Shown: positions 1 to 8,207 of the stretch, one piece after another
Layout of the letters: each line of letters starts with the position of its first letter
Numbering within the stretch: the stretch's first letter is position 1
IMG/VR virus record: IMGVR_UViG_3300029258_001887
Length of the DNA: 64,000 nucleotides
Origin: a virus
Reading direction: 5' to 3' (one strand)
Notes under the pieces: generated by a model
What the model was told of the DNA's origin: nothing
Databases searched by the model: none
What the model saw: the letters and a program-made list of their open reading frames with translations, nothing else
Made by a program: the position numbers and the translations under genes

Positions 1-188
1 ACAATCTTCTTCCTGGGGATGGTCTCGACCGGACGGTCCTCGTAGTATTCTCCGGTCTCCCTATCCTTTTTCATTCCTGCGAAGTACGTGACCGTAACGT
101 TCTCTTTGCTCATAGCAACGATCTTGCACGTCGAATAGATCGCGTCCTTCGTTCGTAGAACGACTGTGCTGCCCTTACCGATAGCCAT
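1..188 (-). CDS. hypothetical protein, runs off window edge
   Basis: Open frame MAIGKGSTVVLRTKDAIYSTCKIVAMSKENVTVTYF... from ATG at 188, overlapping the stop of the upstream gene. Confidence 0.5.
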   Translation of the reverse strand, partial: MAIGKGSTVVLRTKDAIYSTCKIVAMSKENVTVTYFAGMKKDRETGEYYEDRPVETIPRKKI

Positions 189-442
189 TAGTCCTGATCC
201 TCCAACATCATGCGAAGCTGATCCCGTTCACGACGGGTGGCTTCTAGGTCAAACGCCATGTACTTCATCACAAGGCGCACGAATTGTAACGATTCTGAGA
301 TGTCGCCGACGATCTTCCCTAGTTCCTTCACGGCTGCGTGTCTTTGAGCCATAGCCGTTAGGACATCGAGATGACTACCTGGACCTTCCTCCAGTTTCGC
401 CATCACCTGCGACATCATCGTCTCGAACTGTTCTTCGGTCAC
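188..442 (-). CDS. planctomycete-type small coiled-coil protein (FDLEATRRE family), copy 1
   Basis: VRLVMKYMAFDLEATRRERDQLR motif; paralog at 31424-31729. Confidence 0.7.
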   Translation of the reverse strand: MTEEQFETMMSQVMAKLEEGPGSHLDVLTAMAQRHAAVKELGKIVGDISESLQFVRLVMKYMAFDLEATRRERDQLRMMLEDQD

Positions 443-453
443 GTTCTTTTCTC

Positions 454-702
454 CTAGTAGTCAGCCGACAGGTGCAGCTTTTTAATACATTCATTGAGTT
501 TGTCTGGGTCAATACTAAGCACGGGCTGCCTCTTAGACGGGAAGAACTCACACTCGAATTCCTTTTGGAAATACCCGTATGGATTTTTGAACGCCGTCTC
601 TTCCCGATTGACACACTCACACTCCCGAGCAGATGTAAACAGGACTATCTGTCCAGCGCCCTTGCACTCCTGACAGCCAGGATCAGGTTTCCCGTTCGGC
701 AT
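454..702 (-). CDS. small Zn-finger protein (PDPxCxxCKG..LFTS..CxC)
   Basis: PDPGCQECKGAGQIVLFTSARECEC. Confidence 0.55.
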   Translation of the reverse strand: MPNGKPDPGCQECKGAGQIVLFTSARECECVNREETAFKNPYGYFQKEFECEFFPSKRQPVLSIDPDKLNECIKKLHLSADY

Positions 703-706
703 TACG

Positions 707-1039
707 TTAATCCCAGTAGCCGTCATACTCTACGGCGTTGTATCCTTCGTCATTATCCTTTTCGAATCTCGACAGACACTTACACGGAGAGCTAGACGTG
801 AACAGCGTGATCACCCCCGTCCCCTTGCAATCAGGACAGTCTGGATCAGGCTTGACTTCACTATCTGGCACCTCCATGTAGATGCCGACGAGGTTCATGA
901 CTTCCAGTTCCGCGACAGACCACGGGCCATCCGCTGAAGGCCGACCAATTAAACACACGTTCCCGGAGTTCGACTCCATTTCTTCCCGGAATTCACGGGC
1001 CTGTGCTCTATCTGCGTTGGCGACCCATTTGCGGTACAT
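707..1039 (-). CDS. small Zn-finger protein, same motif as neighbour
   Basis: PDPDCPDCKGTGVITLFTSSSPCKC; start at MYRKW inferred. Confidence 0.55.
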   Translation of the reverse strand: MYRKWVANADRAQAREFREEMESNSGNVCLIGRPSADGPWSVAELEVMNLVGIYMEVPDSEVKPDPDCPDCKGTGVITLFTSSSPCKCLSRFEKDNDEGYNAVEYDGYWD

Positions 1040-1040
1040 A

Positions 1041-1496
1041 CTACGCCCCCTTGTTCTGTCTTGCCTCCCTTGCCGTCTGTTGTTCCGCTGCCAGCTTGGC
1101 TTTCTTGCGGTTATTAACAGCGGTGACAATGGCTGCTATCAACAGCCCGACGAGGAAGATGGCCAGCGCAACTACGCCGAAGATTGTGAGGACGACAAGG
1201 ACCAGTGCGGCTGGACCCCACAACGGCGCTGTAATCCACCACCACGACCAACCCATGACCGCCGTCTCAACGACGCCGACCTTCAAAAGAAGCAGGATGA
1301 TGAACAGGAGTCCGCAGAATCCGATTCCCTGCTTCGTGACTACGACTTTCTGGATATTATCCGACATTGGTTTTCTCTCCCGAAAGTAGCTTTCGCATCC
1401 AAAAGTGTACACGAATGCCATAGCCACCAAGCACATGATGACCATAGCGTCACCCAGGTTTTCCCTGCCGATAAAATCGGCTATTTGCTCCATCAC
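1041..1496 (-). CDS. membrane protein
   Basis: GIGFCGLLFIILLLLKV..WSWWWITAPLWGP hydrophobic segments, a common small phage membrane protein pattern. Confidence 0.65.
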   Translation of the reverse strand: MMEQIADFIGRENLGDAMVIMCLVAMAFVYTFGCESYFRERKPMSDNIQKVVVTKQGIGFCGLLFIILLLLKVGVVETAVMGWSWWWITAPLWGPAALVLVVLTIFGVVALAIFLVGLLIAAIVTAVNNRKKAKLAAEQQTAREARQNKGA

Positions 1497-1726
1497 CCAC
1501 CGAGCAGAGTGCGCAGGTTGGTTGCAATCGCCGCTGCACGCTTGACCGACGTGTCGAGGACGCCATCCCGCTGGTTTAGCGATTCGATCTGAGCCCTGAT
1601 GCCCTCACGTTCAGCCTTGCAGTCGGCAACACCTTCATCCAATTCTTCGATCATGGTGGTGAAGCGACCGGCCACTTCGTCGATCAGTTCAATACCACGA
1701 GCCTTCTTCTTTCCCATACCTAGCAT
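1493..1726 (-). CDS. hypothetical coiled-coil protein
   Basis: ORF with AGGTG RBS; overlaps next gene by ATGA. Confidence 0.55.
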   Translation of the reverse strand: MLGMGKKKARGIELIDEVAGRFTTMIEELDEGVADCKAEREGIRAQIESLNQRDGVLDTSVKRAAAIATNLRTLLGG

Positions 1727-1759
1727 GTCATCACCTTTCTTGTTAGGGGCTGTTAAGGA

Positions 1760-2524
1760 CTAAGCCTCCCTACATCGGGCGGCTTCGACTGTTTCCATAC
1801 ACAGGTGGCAGTTCATTCCCTCCGCAAGTTTTTCCGACCGCCACCCCCACACATACTCCTGAGCGTCACCCCAAATGGTTTCGCTGAAGTGTTTCCACGG
1901 GAAGTACCCGAACGGGCATCTCCCTATCATCCCATCCTCCGTGATGATCATGTTGCACATTCGTTCACAGGAACACTGGACGGTTCCACGAGGCGCAAGA
2001 CCGTTATCCCACGCCCTGCCGATTGGTATGATGTCGTCTATGCCCAAGTCTCCAGTCTGGACAAGTTCGACACCAAGATCATTTTCGTCTAGTAACTTGA
2101 CAGCACGATCACCTGGAGAGCTATGCCACTGATCTTCGGACACAGCAACCTCAATGTGTTCGCACACAGCGACCAGTTCCTCCATTGCGCCAACGAATCT
2201 GCCTATGTCGGCGACTGTGTTTGCGAAGAATCCGTTGGTGACCAACCTAATCCGGTCTCGACCGCTGGATAATGCTACCAGCATTTCCGGGTAGTTGTCC
2301 AAAACGGTTACTTCGCCGCCCATGATATTTAGTACGATGGTCTTGGGCACCTACCGATTGATTGCTGCACAGGTTTCGAGAGACATTTGACCCACACACT
2401 CAGGGCCAGACCGAAAACAGCAATGCCGACATCTTTGGCTACACTGATTGGTTACTCGCAGTATACAGGCGTTCGACGCGGTATCGCCGTTCCATCTCTG
2501 AAACCACTCGTCGTGACTGGTCAT
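1760..2524 (-). pseudogene. radical SAM protein interrupted by one in-frame TAG at 2351-2353
   Basis: ATG 2524 gives MTSHDEW...RVTNQCSQRCRHCC (CxxxCxxC)...AINR*, then in frame VPKTIVLNIMGGE, TNG and a C-terminal SPASM-like Cys cluster. Confidence 0.75.
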
Positions 2525-2550
2525 CTCGGTTGCCCCCTCTTCACCAAATC

Positions 2551-2571
2551 ACACACAGGCCAAACTGGTTC
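2551..2571. promoter_or_regulatory. intergenic motif ACACACAGGCCAAACTGGTTC (copy 1 of 5)
   Basis: Near-identical copies at 8187-8209 and 16801-16820; shorter copies at 18979-18997 and 20846-20860. Confidence 0.5.
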
Positions 2572-2574
2572 GAG

Positions 2575-2892
2575 TTACACGACTTTCCCGCAGCCCATTT
2601 CCTCCACAATCTCCAGCGTTGACCCAAGAAACCACACCCCGCCCTGAGATTCTGGCCGGTGGAGCGTTTCTCTATGGGTAAAGCGGACCTTACACCAGAC
2701 CCGCCCCTTTTCAGACAGATGCGGAGCGTGTGGCCTGCGGCAGATGTGCCACCCAAGACGGAACGCATACCCTTTGCGACGATGACTTTCGGCTTGGTAT
2801 ACGACCCCCGGCACCAACTTCTGACGACAGTTGATGAACAGGGGTCCATACGTACCATCCTTGCGCTTACGGAGAAGCTTGTACCCGATCAT
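2575..2892 (-). CDS. conserved-looking phage hypothetical protein
   Basis: YKLLRKRKDGTYGPLFIN..GWH..APHL..RVW pattern; abuts the ThiF gene. Confidence 0.6.
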   Translation of the reverse strand: MIGYKLLRKRKDGTYGPLFINCRQKLVPGVVYQAESHRRKGYAFRLGWHICRRPHAPHLSEKGRVWCKVRFTHRETLHRPESQGGVWFLGSTLEIVEEMGCGKVV

Positions 2893-3552
2893 CTACATTG
2901 CTCCCATCTCATTCGTCAGCAGGTTGACATCGATTTCCTTATCGACATCACACCCACGCAACCACTTGGCGAACTGTGCGACCCTCAATCCTGCCGAGAC
3001 GTTAGCACAGTAGATGGTTGTCTTCGCAGTACACGCTCCCTGGTACGCCTCCGCTGCTGGGAACAGTGTGGTCGCATAGTGCTCACGGGAAGCCTCGTCA
3101 TGAACGGTGAAGATTCGCACATACTCTGCGCTCATTCGACCGTCGATGAAAAGGTCTGCCCGATTCCTGACTGCCTCGAAGATGGCTTTCCTGGTGTCGA
3201 TCTTGTCAACACAGCAGAACATGACGCCACCAGTAAAGTCGATCGATCTGAACTTTCGGTTGATGACTTCGATCTGGATTGCCGAGTTGATAGAGACACA
3301 CAGGTCTCTCGTGGCTTCGACCTTCGGCCTGCCAAGATCAGCCTCGTGGTATCCCTGCGCCGCAAGATTCTCTGGGCGTACCGTATCAGGATCGATGAGA
3401 GTAATCCTTGGTACCCCGATGGCTGCCAACTGAAGTGCTACCTGACGACCGCCAGCACCGACGCCGACCACCGTTACCCTCGTGGTTTGCAGCTTCTCTG
3501 GCGGAATCAGTTCTCTCTGACGGATGTCTCTATTTTCGATTACTGTACTCAT
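2893..3552 (-). CDS. ThiF/E1-like ubiquitin-activating enzyme
   Basis: RQ..VTVVGVGAGG (GxGxxG), IDPDTVRPENL..Q, CVD..R, FIDGRM, candidate catalytic Cys in GACT; start MSTVIEN overlaps the JAB stop. Confidence 0.9.
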   Translation of the reverse strand: MSTVIENRDIRQRELIPPEKLQTTRVTVVGVGAGGRQVALQLAAIGVPRITLIDPDTVRPENLAAQGYHEADLGRPKVEATRDLCVSINSAIQIEVINRKFRSIDFTGGVMFCCVDKIDTRKAIFEAVRNRADLFIDGRMSAEYVRIFTVHDEASREHYATTLFPAAEAYQGACTAKTTIYCANVSAGLRVAQFAKWLRGCDVDKEIDVNLLTNEMGAM

Positions 3553-4499
3553 ACCGCTTCCTCCATTGCCAGTTCGCGTTCGTCTGCGTACCTGTTGGCC
3601 CACAACACGACTTGCGTTACCCAGTGTTCGTTCGGAGGGGTTGTTTCGATGAACTCGTCATCACCCTCCAGGTCTTCGACGTACCACTGTTCCCTGATGG
3701 GGTCATAGAAAAACCACACACCATCTTCGTCATCCCAGTATGCAACGTCGCCGTTGGAGTCCCAATGACAATCGATGTCGTCTACGGTAGAACTCCCATC
3801 GCCTGCTGCTGCAATCTGTCGATCAAGTTCTTCCTGTTGGGTTGTCCACCTGTCGTGTTCTTCACACCACCAGAGGGGGTCTTCGTAGCCGTTGGCTGGA
3901 AAGGAACCAGCGCCACTAGACGCCGCACCTTCCTTTCCTGTCATGCGGAACTTCTGTTCCACGACCTTGGCCTTGTACTCCGTTTCCCATGCCTGCGTGT
4001 CGGTGCCACCGAACGGGACTGTCCAATCGACGGCGACTTTGATTTCTTTGATCACTCCAGGCCCGACGTTGACTTTCAGACGACAGTACGCCGCGCCACC
4101 CTCGGCGATGATGAACATGATCGCCCAGTTCGGGTGAGAAAACGCTGCTACGAAATTCTTCTCGTCTGTACCTGACGGGGTGGGACTGTTCCCCGGATGT
4201 GTGTGGATGAGGATGTTGGAATAGGCCCACGGTGGGAGCCCAGTATCGAGCATCCTGTCCATATAATCAGCGCCATCTTCTGGGTCGAGGTCGAAACTAG
4301 CACCTGTGCATTCCTGTTTGATCAGGACGAAATCGGTCACTAGTAGTGGGTCTTCCGTGGCTGTGACACCGTATCCGGCGACTTCTGTATCCCCACGGTC
4401 CCTCATCCACAAGAGTTTCGCCCAGGCGTATGGCGTGAACCGTAGCTGTTCTCCGAACGTCATTTTCGGGGTCATGAACTCAGACATTTTTGTCTCCAT
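3549..4499 (-). CDS. JAB/MPN+ (JAMM) metallopeptidase with acidic C-terminal tail
   Basis: Catalytic Glu in TEVAGYG and JAMM motif HTHPGNSPTPSGTD (HxH-x7-S-x2-D). Confidence 0.88.
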   Translation of the reverse strand: METKMSEFMTPKMTFGEQLRFTPYAWAKLLWMRDRGDTEVAGYGVTATEDPLLVTDFVLIKQECTGASFDLDPEDGADYMDRMLDTGLPPWAYSNILIHTHPGNSPTPSGTDEKNFVAAFSHPNWAIMFIIAEGGAAYCRLKVNVGPGVIKEIKVAVDWTVPFGGTDTQAWETEYKAKVVEQKFRMTGKEGAASSGAGSFPANGYEDPLWWCEEHDRWTTQQEELDRQIAAAGDGSSTVDDIDCHWDSNGDVAYWDDEDGVWFFYDPIREQWYVEDLEGDDEFIETTPPNEHWVTQVVLWANRYADERELAMEEAV

Positions 4500-4512
4500 T
4501 GTGGTTGTCCCT

Positions 4513-4522
4513 GGTGTATAAT
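4513..4522 (+). promoter_or_regulatory. GGTGTATAAT putative late promoter
   Basis: Same motif precedes portal, protease and tail tube genes. Confidence 0.55.
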
Positions 4523-4550
4523 ACAGCAGGCGGATTTACTGCCAGGGAGG

Positions 4551-5234
4551 TTGATTGTGAGAACCAAAGCAAGCAAAGAAAAAGAAAAGGCTCGACAAAG
4601 ACAGCAGTACCAAGAACGACTAGCTCAAGGTCTGTGCCCCAGATGCGGCGGAACGCCCGCCACTGAAAAAAAGTTTTGTGCTTCTTGCTCCACAAGGACG
4701 TGTGGTCGAGATAAGCAGCGACGACTTGACCGTCTGGCGAAGGGGTTGTGTCCTCAATGTGGAAAACGAGAATGTGCCCCAGGTCGGAAGAAATGTGTCG
4801 TCTGTGGTGAAGCCGGTCGCAGGAACGTGAAAGCACGAGAATCCCGACTGGTGAACGACGGTCTTTGTACTCGTTGTGGCCAACATCCGTTTCTTCAGTC
4901 CATGACCGACAGGACTTCTCGGTATAGAGAATGTCAGGAGTGCTACCTAAAGCGCACTGCCAAGAACAATCTGGGTTCTGAAGATTTTGCGCCATTACTG
5001 CTGGCCAAGTTAGAGGCCCAGCAGTGGATGTGTCCCTATACCGACGAGATATTGGTTCTCGGGCACAACGACTCGATTGACCACATTCTCCCAAGGTCAA
5101 GATTTCCTGACTTGGCGACTGACCCAGAGAACGTCCAGTGGGTGTTGCGTGATGTCAATTCAATGAAGAACCAACTCACCAACGATGAGTTCCTGGGACT
5201 TGTTGCCATCATCTACCGTCATCGGTTACGATGA
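4551..5234 (+). CDS. HNH homing endonuclease with N-terminal Zn-finger repeats
   Basis: Three GLCxxCG repeats; CPYT..SIDHILPRS..NVQWV..VNSMK; antisense to the flanking operon. Confidence 0.85.
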   Translation: MIVRTKASKEKEKARQRQQYQERLAQGLCPRCGGTPATEKKFCASCSTRTCGRDKQRRLDRLAKGLCPQCGKRECAPGRKKCVVCGEAGRRNVKARESRLVNDGLCTRCGQHPFLQSMTDRTSRYRECQECYLKRTAKNNLGSEDFAPLLLAKLEAQQWMCPYTDEILVLGHNDSIDHILPRSRFPDLATDPENVQWVLRDVNSMKNQLTNDEFLGLVAIIYRHRLR

Positions 5235-6545
5235 CTCATTGGTCACTCCCTCTAGTAGACAGTTGTGTTCACGCTCGCAGGAACCGCACATTGGAGTCCC
5301 ACAGTGCTCACATGAGTTATCGTTACACCTATTACAGACGGTCTTGTCGCATTCAGAACACGTCTCCTGACACCCCTTGCAGATGTCCTGGCTACATTCC
5401 TCGCATCTTTCATCGACACAGGCCGAGCAACACTCGTCTCCACAACACCCGCATGTGATTGTGCAGTCCTGACACACGGAATCTCCGCAGTACGCACATG
5501 CCGACTTGCACTCGTCACAATATGCCCCGACGCAGATAGCGCATCCGCTCACACACGACGAACACATTTGGTTATCGCAATCATGACATGTGCTTCCACA
5601 TCCATGACAGAGTGTCTCTTGACAACCATAACACGTTGTGCTACATTCACCGCAACGCCACTCGCCGCATTCCGTGCAGCATCCACCACCGACATCGCAA
5701 TACTCGCAGTAGTTGTTCTGACATCCTTCGCACCAGCAACCGCTTTCGTAGCTACGCCACTCTTCGCATCCCTCACAGTAAAACTGACCCTCATGATCTG
5801 GATCGTACCATTCACTCAATCGTTCGTATGGCGAAGCCTCGTTATACGTTCGCAGAACTGCTTCGATGACCCTGAAGTAGTCCTCTAGCCGTCCTTGACA
5901 CAGAGCATCCTGAGAAGGAAGGCCACCAGCGCCGATACAGAGCTTACCGCCGGACACATGTGGATGAGAGTATCCGCCTGGAGATTCAATTTCGTTGATC
6001 GATTCGATACGAAGACTGTCCAGGGGATGTGAGAGGTTGACGTGTATCCAGAAATCCCCCAGGAACACTTCCTCGTGCTCATCGCTCAGGGTAACATCCT
6101 TGACCAACACGGACAGGACATTGCACCTGAACTTGACTTCTGGCCACGCGCTGTTTATTATCCGAATTTCGTCGATTGCTTCTTTGGGCGACAGCACGGT
6201 GACGATCTGTTTGGTTACCAATGACTTGAGCATTGCTGTGGCACTCTGTGTGCCGTGTATGACATCATACCCAAGGTCTGGGATCAGAGCGGTGGCGATT
6301 CTCTCATACGCCGATGCACAGACAATACCCATGTGTGGTTCTGTGTCCCACTCGTTTTGCTGGATTCTCTGCGTTGAGCCAGTGAAGAACCTTCCAGCCC
6401 ACATCTCCATCTGTGACGCTTTGTCGTTCACCCTACGGAGACAGTCGAGGATAGACGTTTTCCCAGAATCCACAGGAGACCGGGCCTGAGACAGCAACCA
6501 ATCCCTGTATTTTATGGCCGCACGCCGTATCAGCTTTTCGTTCAT
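5226..6545 (-). CDS. prokaryotic E2/UBC-like conjugating enzyme fused to a Cys-rich (about 21 CxxC) C-terminal array
   Basis: HPHVSGGKLCIG resembles the UBC HPN...C active-site motif; located with Ubl, JAB and E1. Confidence 0.75.
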   Translation of the reverse strand: MNEKLIRRAAIKYRDWLLSQARSPVDSGKTSILDCLRRVNDKASQMEMWAGRFFTGSTQRIQQNEWDTEPHMGIVCASAYERIATALIPDLGYDVIHGTQSATAMLKSLVTKQIVTVLSPKEAIDEIRIINSAWPEVKFRCNVLSVLVKDVTLSDEHEEVFLGDFWIHVNLSHPLDSLRIESINEIESPGGYSHPHVSGGKLCIGAGGLPSQDALCQGRLEDYFRVIEAVLRTYNEASPYERLSEWYDPDHEGQFYCEGCEEWRSYESGCWCEGCQNNYCEYCDVGGGCCTECGEWRCGECSTTCYGCQETLCHGCGSTCHDCDNQMCSSCVSGCAICVGAYCDECKSACAYCGDSVCQDCTITCGCCGDECCSACVDERCEECSQDICKGCQETCSECDKTVCNRCNDNSCEHCGTPMCGSCEREHNCLLEGVTNESS

Positions 6546-6609
6546 GGTGAATCCCCTTTATACAGGCTGATGAGCCTAACTTTGCCGAAAACAGGCTGAT
6601 TCGCCTGAC

Positions 6610-6831
6610 CTATTCTGGTTCGTCTGGCCTAGCCAAGCACTCCGCGAGCCCATCTACATAATCTTCCAAGTGTAGAAGGACTTCGCTGTATCCGAACGCA
6701 TGACCATCTTCCCATGCCATGTGGGACAGCCACCCACGGAATTTCTTGGGGACTCGCGCCAGAAGCTTGGTTTGCCTTCGTGTAAACTCTTCCTCAGTCA
6801 TTCGGGGTACTGGACCGCGTTGCTGGGTCAT
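6610..6831 (-). CDS. hypothetical protein
   Basis: ORF MTQQRGP.. with GGAG RBS. Confidence 0.5.
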   Translation of the reverse strand: MTQQRGPVPRMTEEEFTRRQTKLLARVPKKFRGWLSHMAWEDGHAFGYSEVLLHLEDYVDGLAECLARPDEPE

Positions 6832-6841
6832 TATTGACTCC

Positions 6842-6886
6842 GAAGAAAGAGGGGCGGGGGGTGCGTTCCCCCCGGCCCCCGCCTCC
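6842..6886 (-). terminator. GC-rich hairpin plus U-rich tract downstream of the Ubl gene
   Basis: Minus strand GAGGCGGGGGCCGGGGG-loop-CCCCCGCCCCTC followed by TTTCTT. Confidence 0.55.
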
Positions 6887-6909
6887 ACCAGACGCCCTAC
6901 GGCGTCATT

Positions 6910-7143
6910 CTACTCACCCTCGACCTTCGTCGGAGCGAGAGAAACCCGATCGCCGTCCTGGAGCACGTAGTCCCGGTGCGCCTCGACGGTCGTGCCGTTC
7001 GCACGAACCCGAATCGTGAACTCATCCGGGTCGCCATCGAAGGAAACCTCCAGGAACTTCTCAAGAGTCGTACCCTCGACCACAGGAACACGCACGGGCA
7101 GGCCCGCTCCATCATTCGTTACCAGCGTTACCTCGATCATCAT
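6910..7143 (-). CDS. ubiquitin-like beta-grasp protein (ThiS/MoaD/Ubl)
   Basis: 77 aa, IRVRANG...VLQDGDRVSLAPTKVEGE; Gly is the penultimate residue. Confidence 0.85.
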   Translation of the reverse strand: MMIEVTLVTNDGAGLPVRVPVVEGTTLEKFLEVSFDGDPDEFTIRVRANGTTVEAHRDYVLQDGDRVSLAPTKVEGE

Positions 7144-7190
7144 CGATCTCCCAAAAAGACGGGGCTATGTTTACCCCTTTGCCATAGCGA

Positions 7191-7394
7191 CTACACGTCG
7201 CCAAACCATCCGACTATCTCTGGTTTGAAGGGTGGAACACCCACCCCACATTGACCACAACGTTCTTTGAGTGCCTTGATTTCCTGCTGCAATCCTGCGA
7301 CCGTTGCCGGTTCGCCCGTCTGCTCCCGCTCAAGGAACATGTAAAGCAGGCTCAGATAAGCGCGAAGTTCAGCTTTTGTCCTTGGACTTGCCAC
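7191..7394 (-). CDS. hypothetical protein
   Basis: ORF in co-oriented gene array. Confidence 0.4.
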   Translation of the reverse strand: MASPRTKAELRAYLSLLYMFLEREQTGEPATVAGLQQEIKALKERCGQCGVGVPPFKPEIVGWFGDV

Positions 7395-7632
7395 GCCTAC
7401 GCCCCTTCCTGTCGGTTTTTGCCCGTGGCTTCGGCTTCTCCGGTTCCTGTTCGGTCTTCAGGATTTCGACCTTCCGCGCCTGAGTAGCCCGGTCCCACTT
7501 GCGACGAGTCTTATCGCTGGCATACTCATACGTCGTCGCCTCTACCGCCAGTGCCAGCAGTTCATCGCAACTCTTGGCTTGCTTGATCCGATCCAACATA
7601 CTGACTGGCTTGAACTCGACTGCTACCGACAT
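7369..7632 (-). CDS. hypothetical basic protein
   Basis: MSVAVEFKPV start with GGAGG RBS. Confidence 0.6.
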   Translation of the reverse strand: MSVAVEFKPVSMLDRIKQAKSCDELLALAVEATTYEYASDKTRRKWDRATQARKVEILKTEQEPEKPKPRAKTDRKGRRRGKSKDKS

Positions 7633-7742
7633 ACCATACCTCCAATCATGTAGGCCAAACCCCGCCGAATGGCCAGGAATCCCATAGGGCTGCGCCCTTA
7701 CCGGTTCCAGAGCGTCCCCACCCTTGCCCAGTCGGAACGCTA

Positions 7743-7916
7743 TCAATTCATGACGTAGAAGTCCATGTCGTCACCACATTCGGGACAGATGTGGAATCCG
7801 GCGGTAGACATCTCACACAGAATGTCGTTGATTGTCCCCTCGAACGTGGTGGTTTCCTGACACTCGTCACATCTGTATTCGATTTCGAACACGTAGTCAG
7901 CAGGATGTGTTGACAT
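7743..7916 (-). CDS. small Zn-ribbon protein
   Basis: CDEC...CPECG. Confidence 0.55.
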   Translation of the reverse strand: MSTHPADYVFEIEYRCDECQETTTFEGTINDILCEMSTAGFHICPECGDDMDFYVMN

Positions 7917-7918
7917 GG

Positions 7919-8170
7919 TTACTCTCCGTATTCTTTGTATGACATGTTGAACCAACCTTCACGGAAGGCCAGGGCGACCGCTTTCCAGCCAGCCATCTGA
8001 ACCACTTGGTGTGCTTCACCAACTTCGTAGTGCTGCGCCACTTCGGTTGACCAGACTGGCAAATCCCAAACCCCAGTCCGTTCCAACTTTTGCAGATCAC
8101 GACAGACCTGATCCGCTTCGGTGATGGACAGGACTTGTTTGTGGATGATTTTTTGTCCAGTGCTCATCAT
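7919..8170 (-). CDS. hypothetical protein
   Basis: ORF with GGGG RBS. Confidence 0.5.
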   Translation of the reverse strand: MMSTGQKIIHKQVLSITEADQVCRDLQKLERTGVWDLPVWSTEVAQHYEVGEAHQVVQMAGWKAVALAFREGWFNMSYKEYGE

Positions 8171-8207
8171 GTTCGTTTCCCCTAAAACACACACGGGCCA
8201 AACTGGT

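Noticed and set aside
2659-4175. Long plus-strand ORFs 2659-3708 and 3408-4175, and similar antisense ORFs such as 882-1592 and 52366-53214
   Set aside because: Shadow frames opposite well-supported genes, with no recognisable motifs
6567-6610. Hammerhead ribozyme (CTGATGA...GAAA on plus strand)
   Set aside because: Stem II does not pair beyond one G-C, there is no A-U/NUH junction, and it lies on the antisense strand
2893-7143. Thiamine/molybdopterin sulfur-relay operon
   Set aside because: No ThiG, MoaE, cysteine synthase or rhodanese nearby; an E2-like gene is present instead
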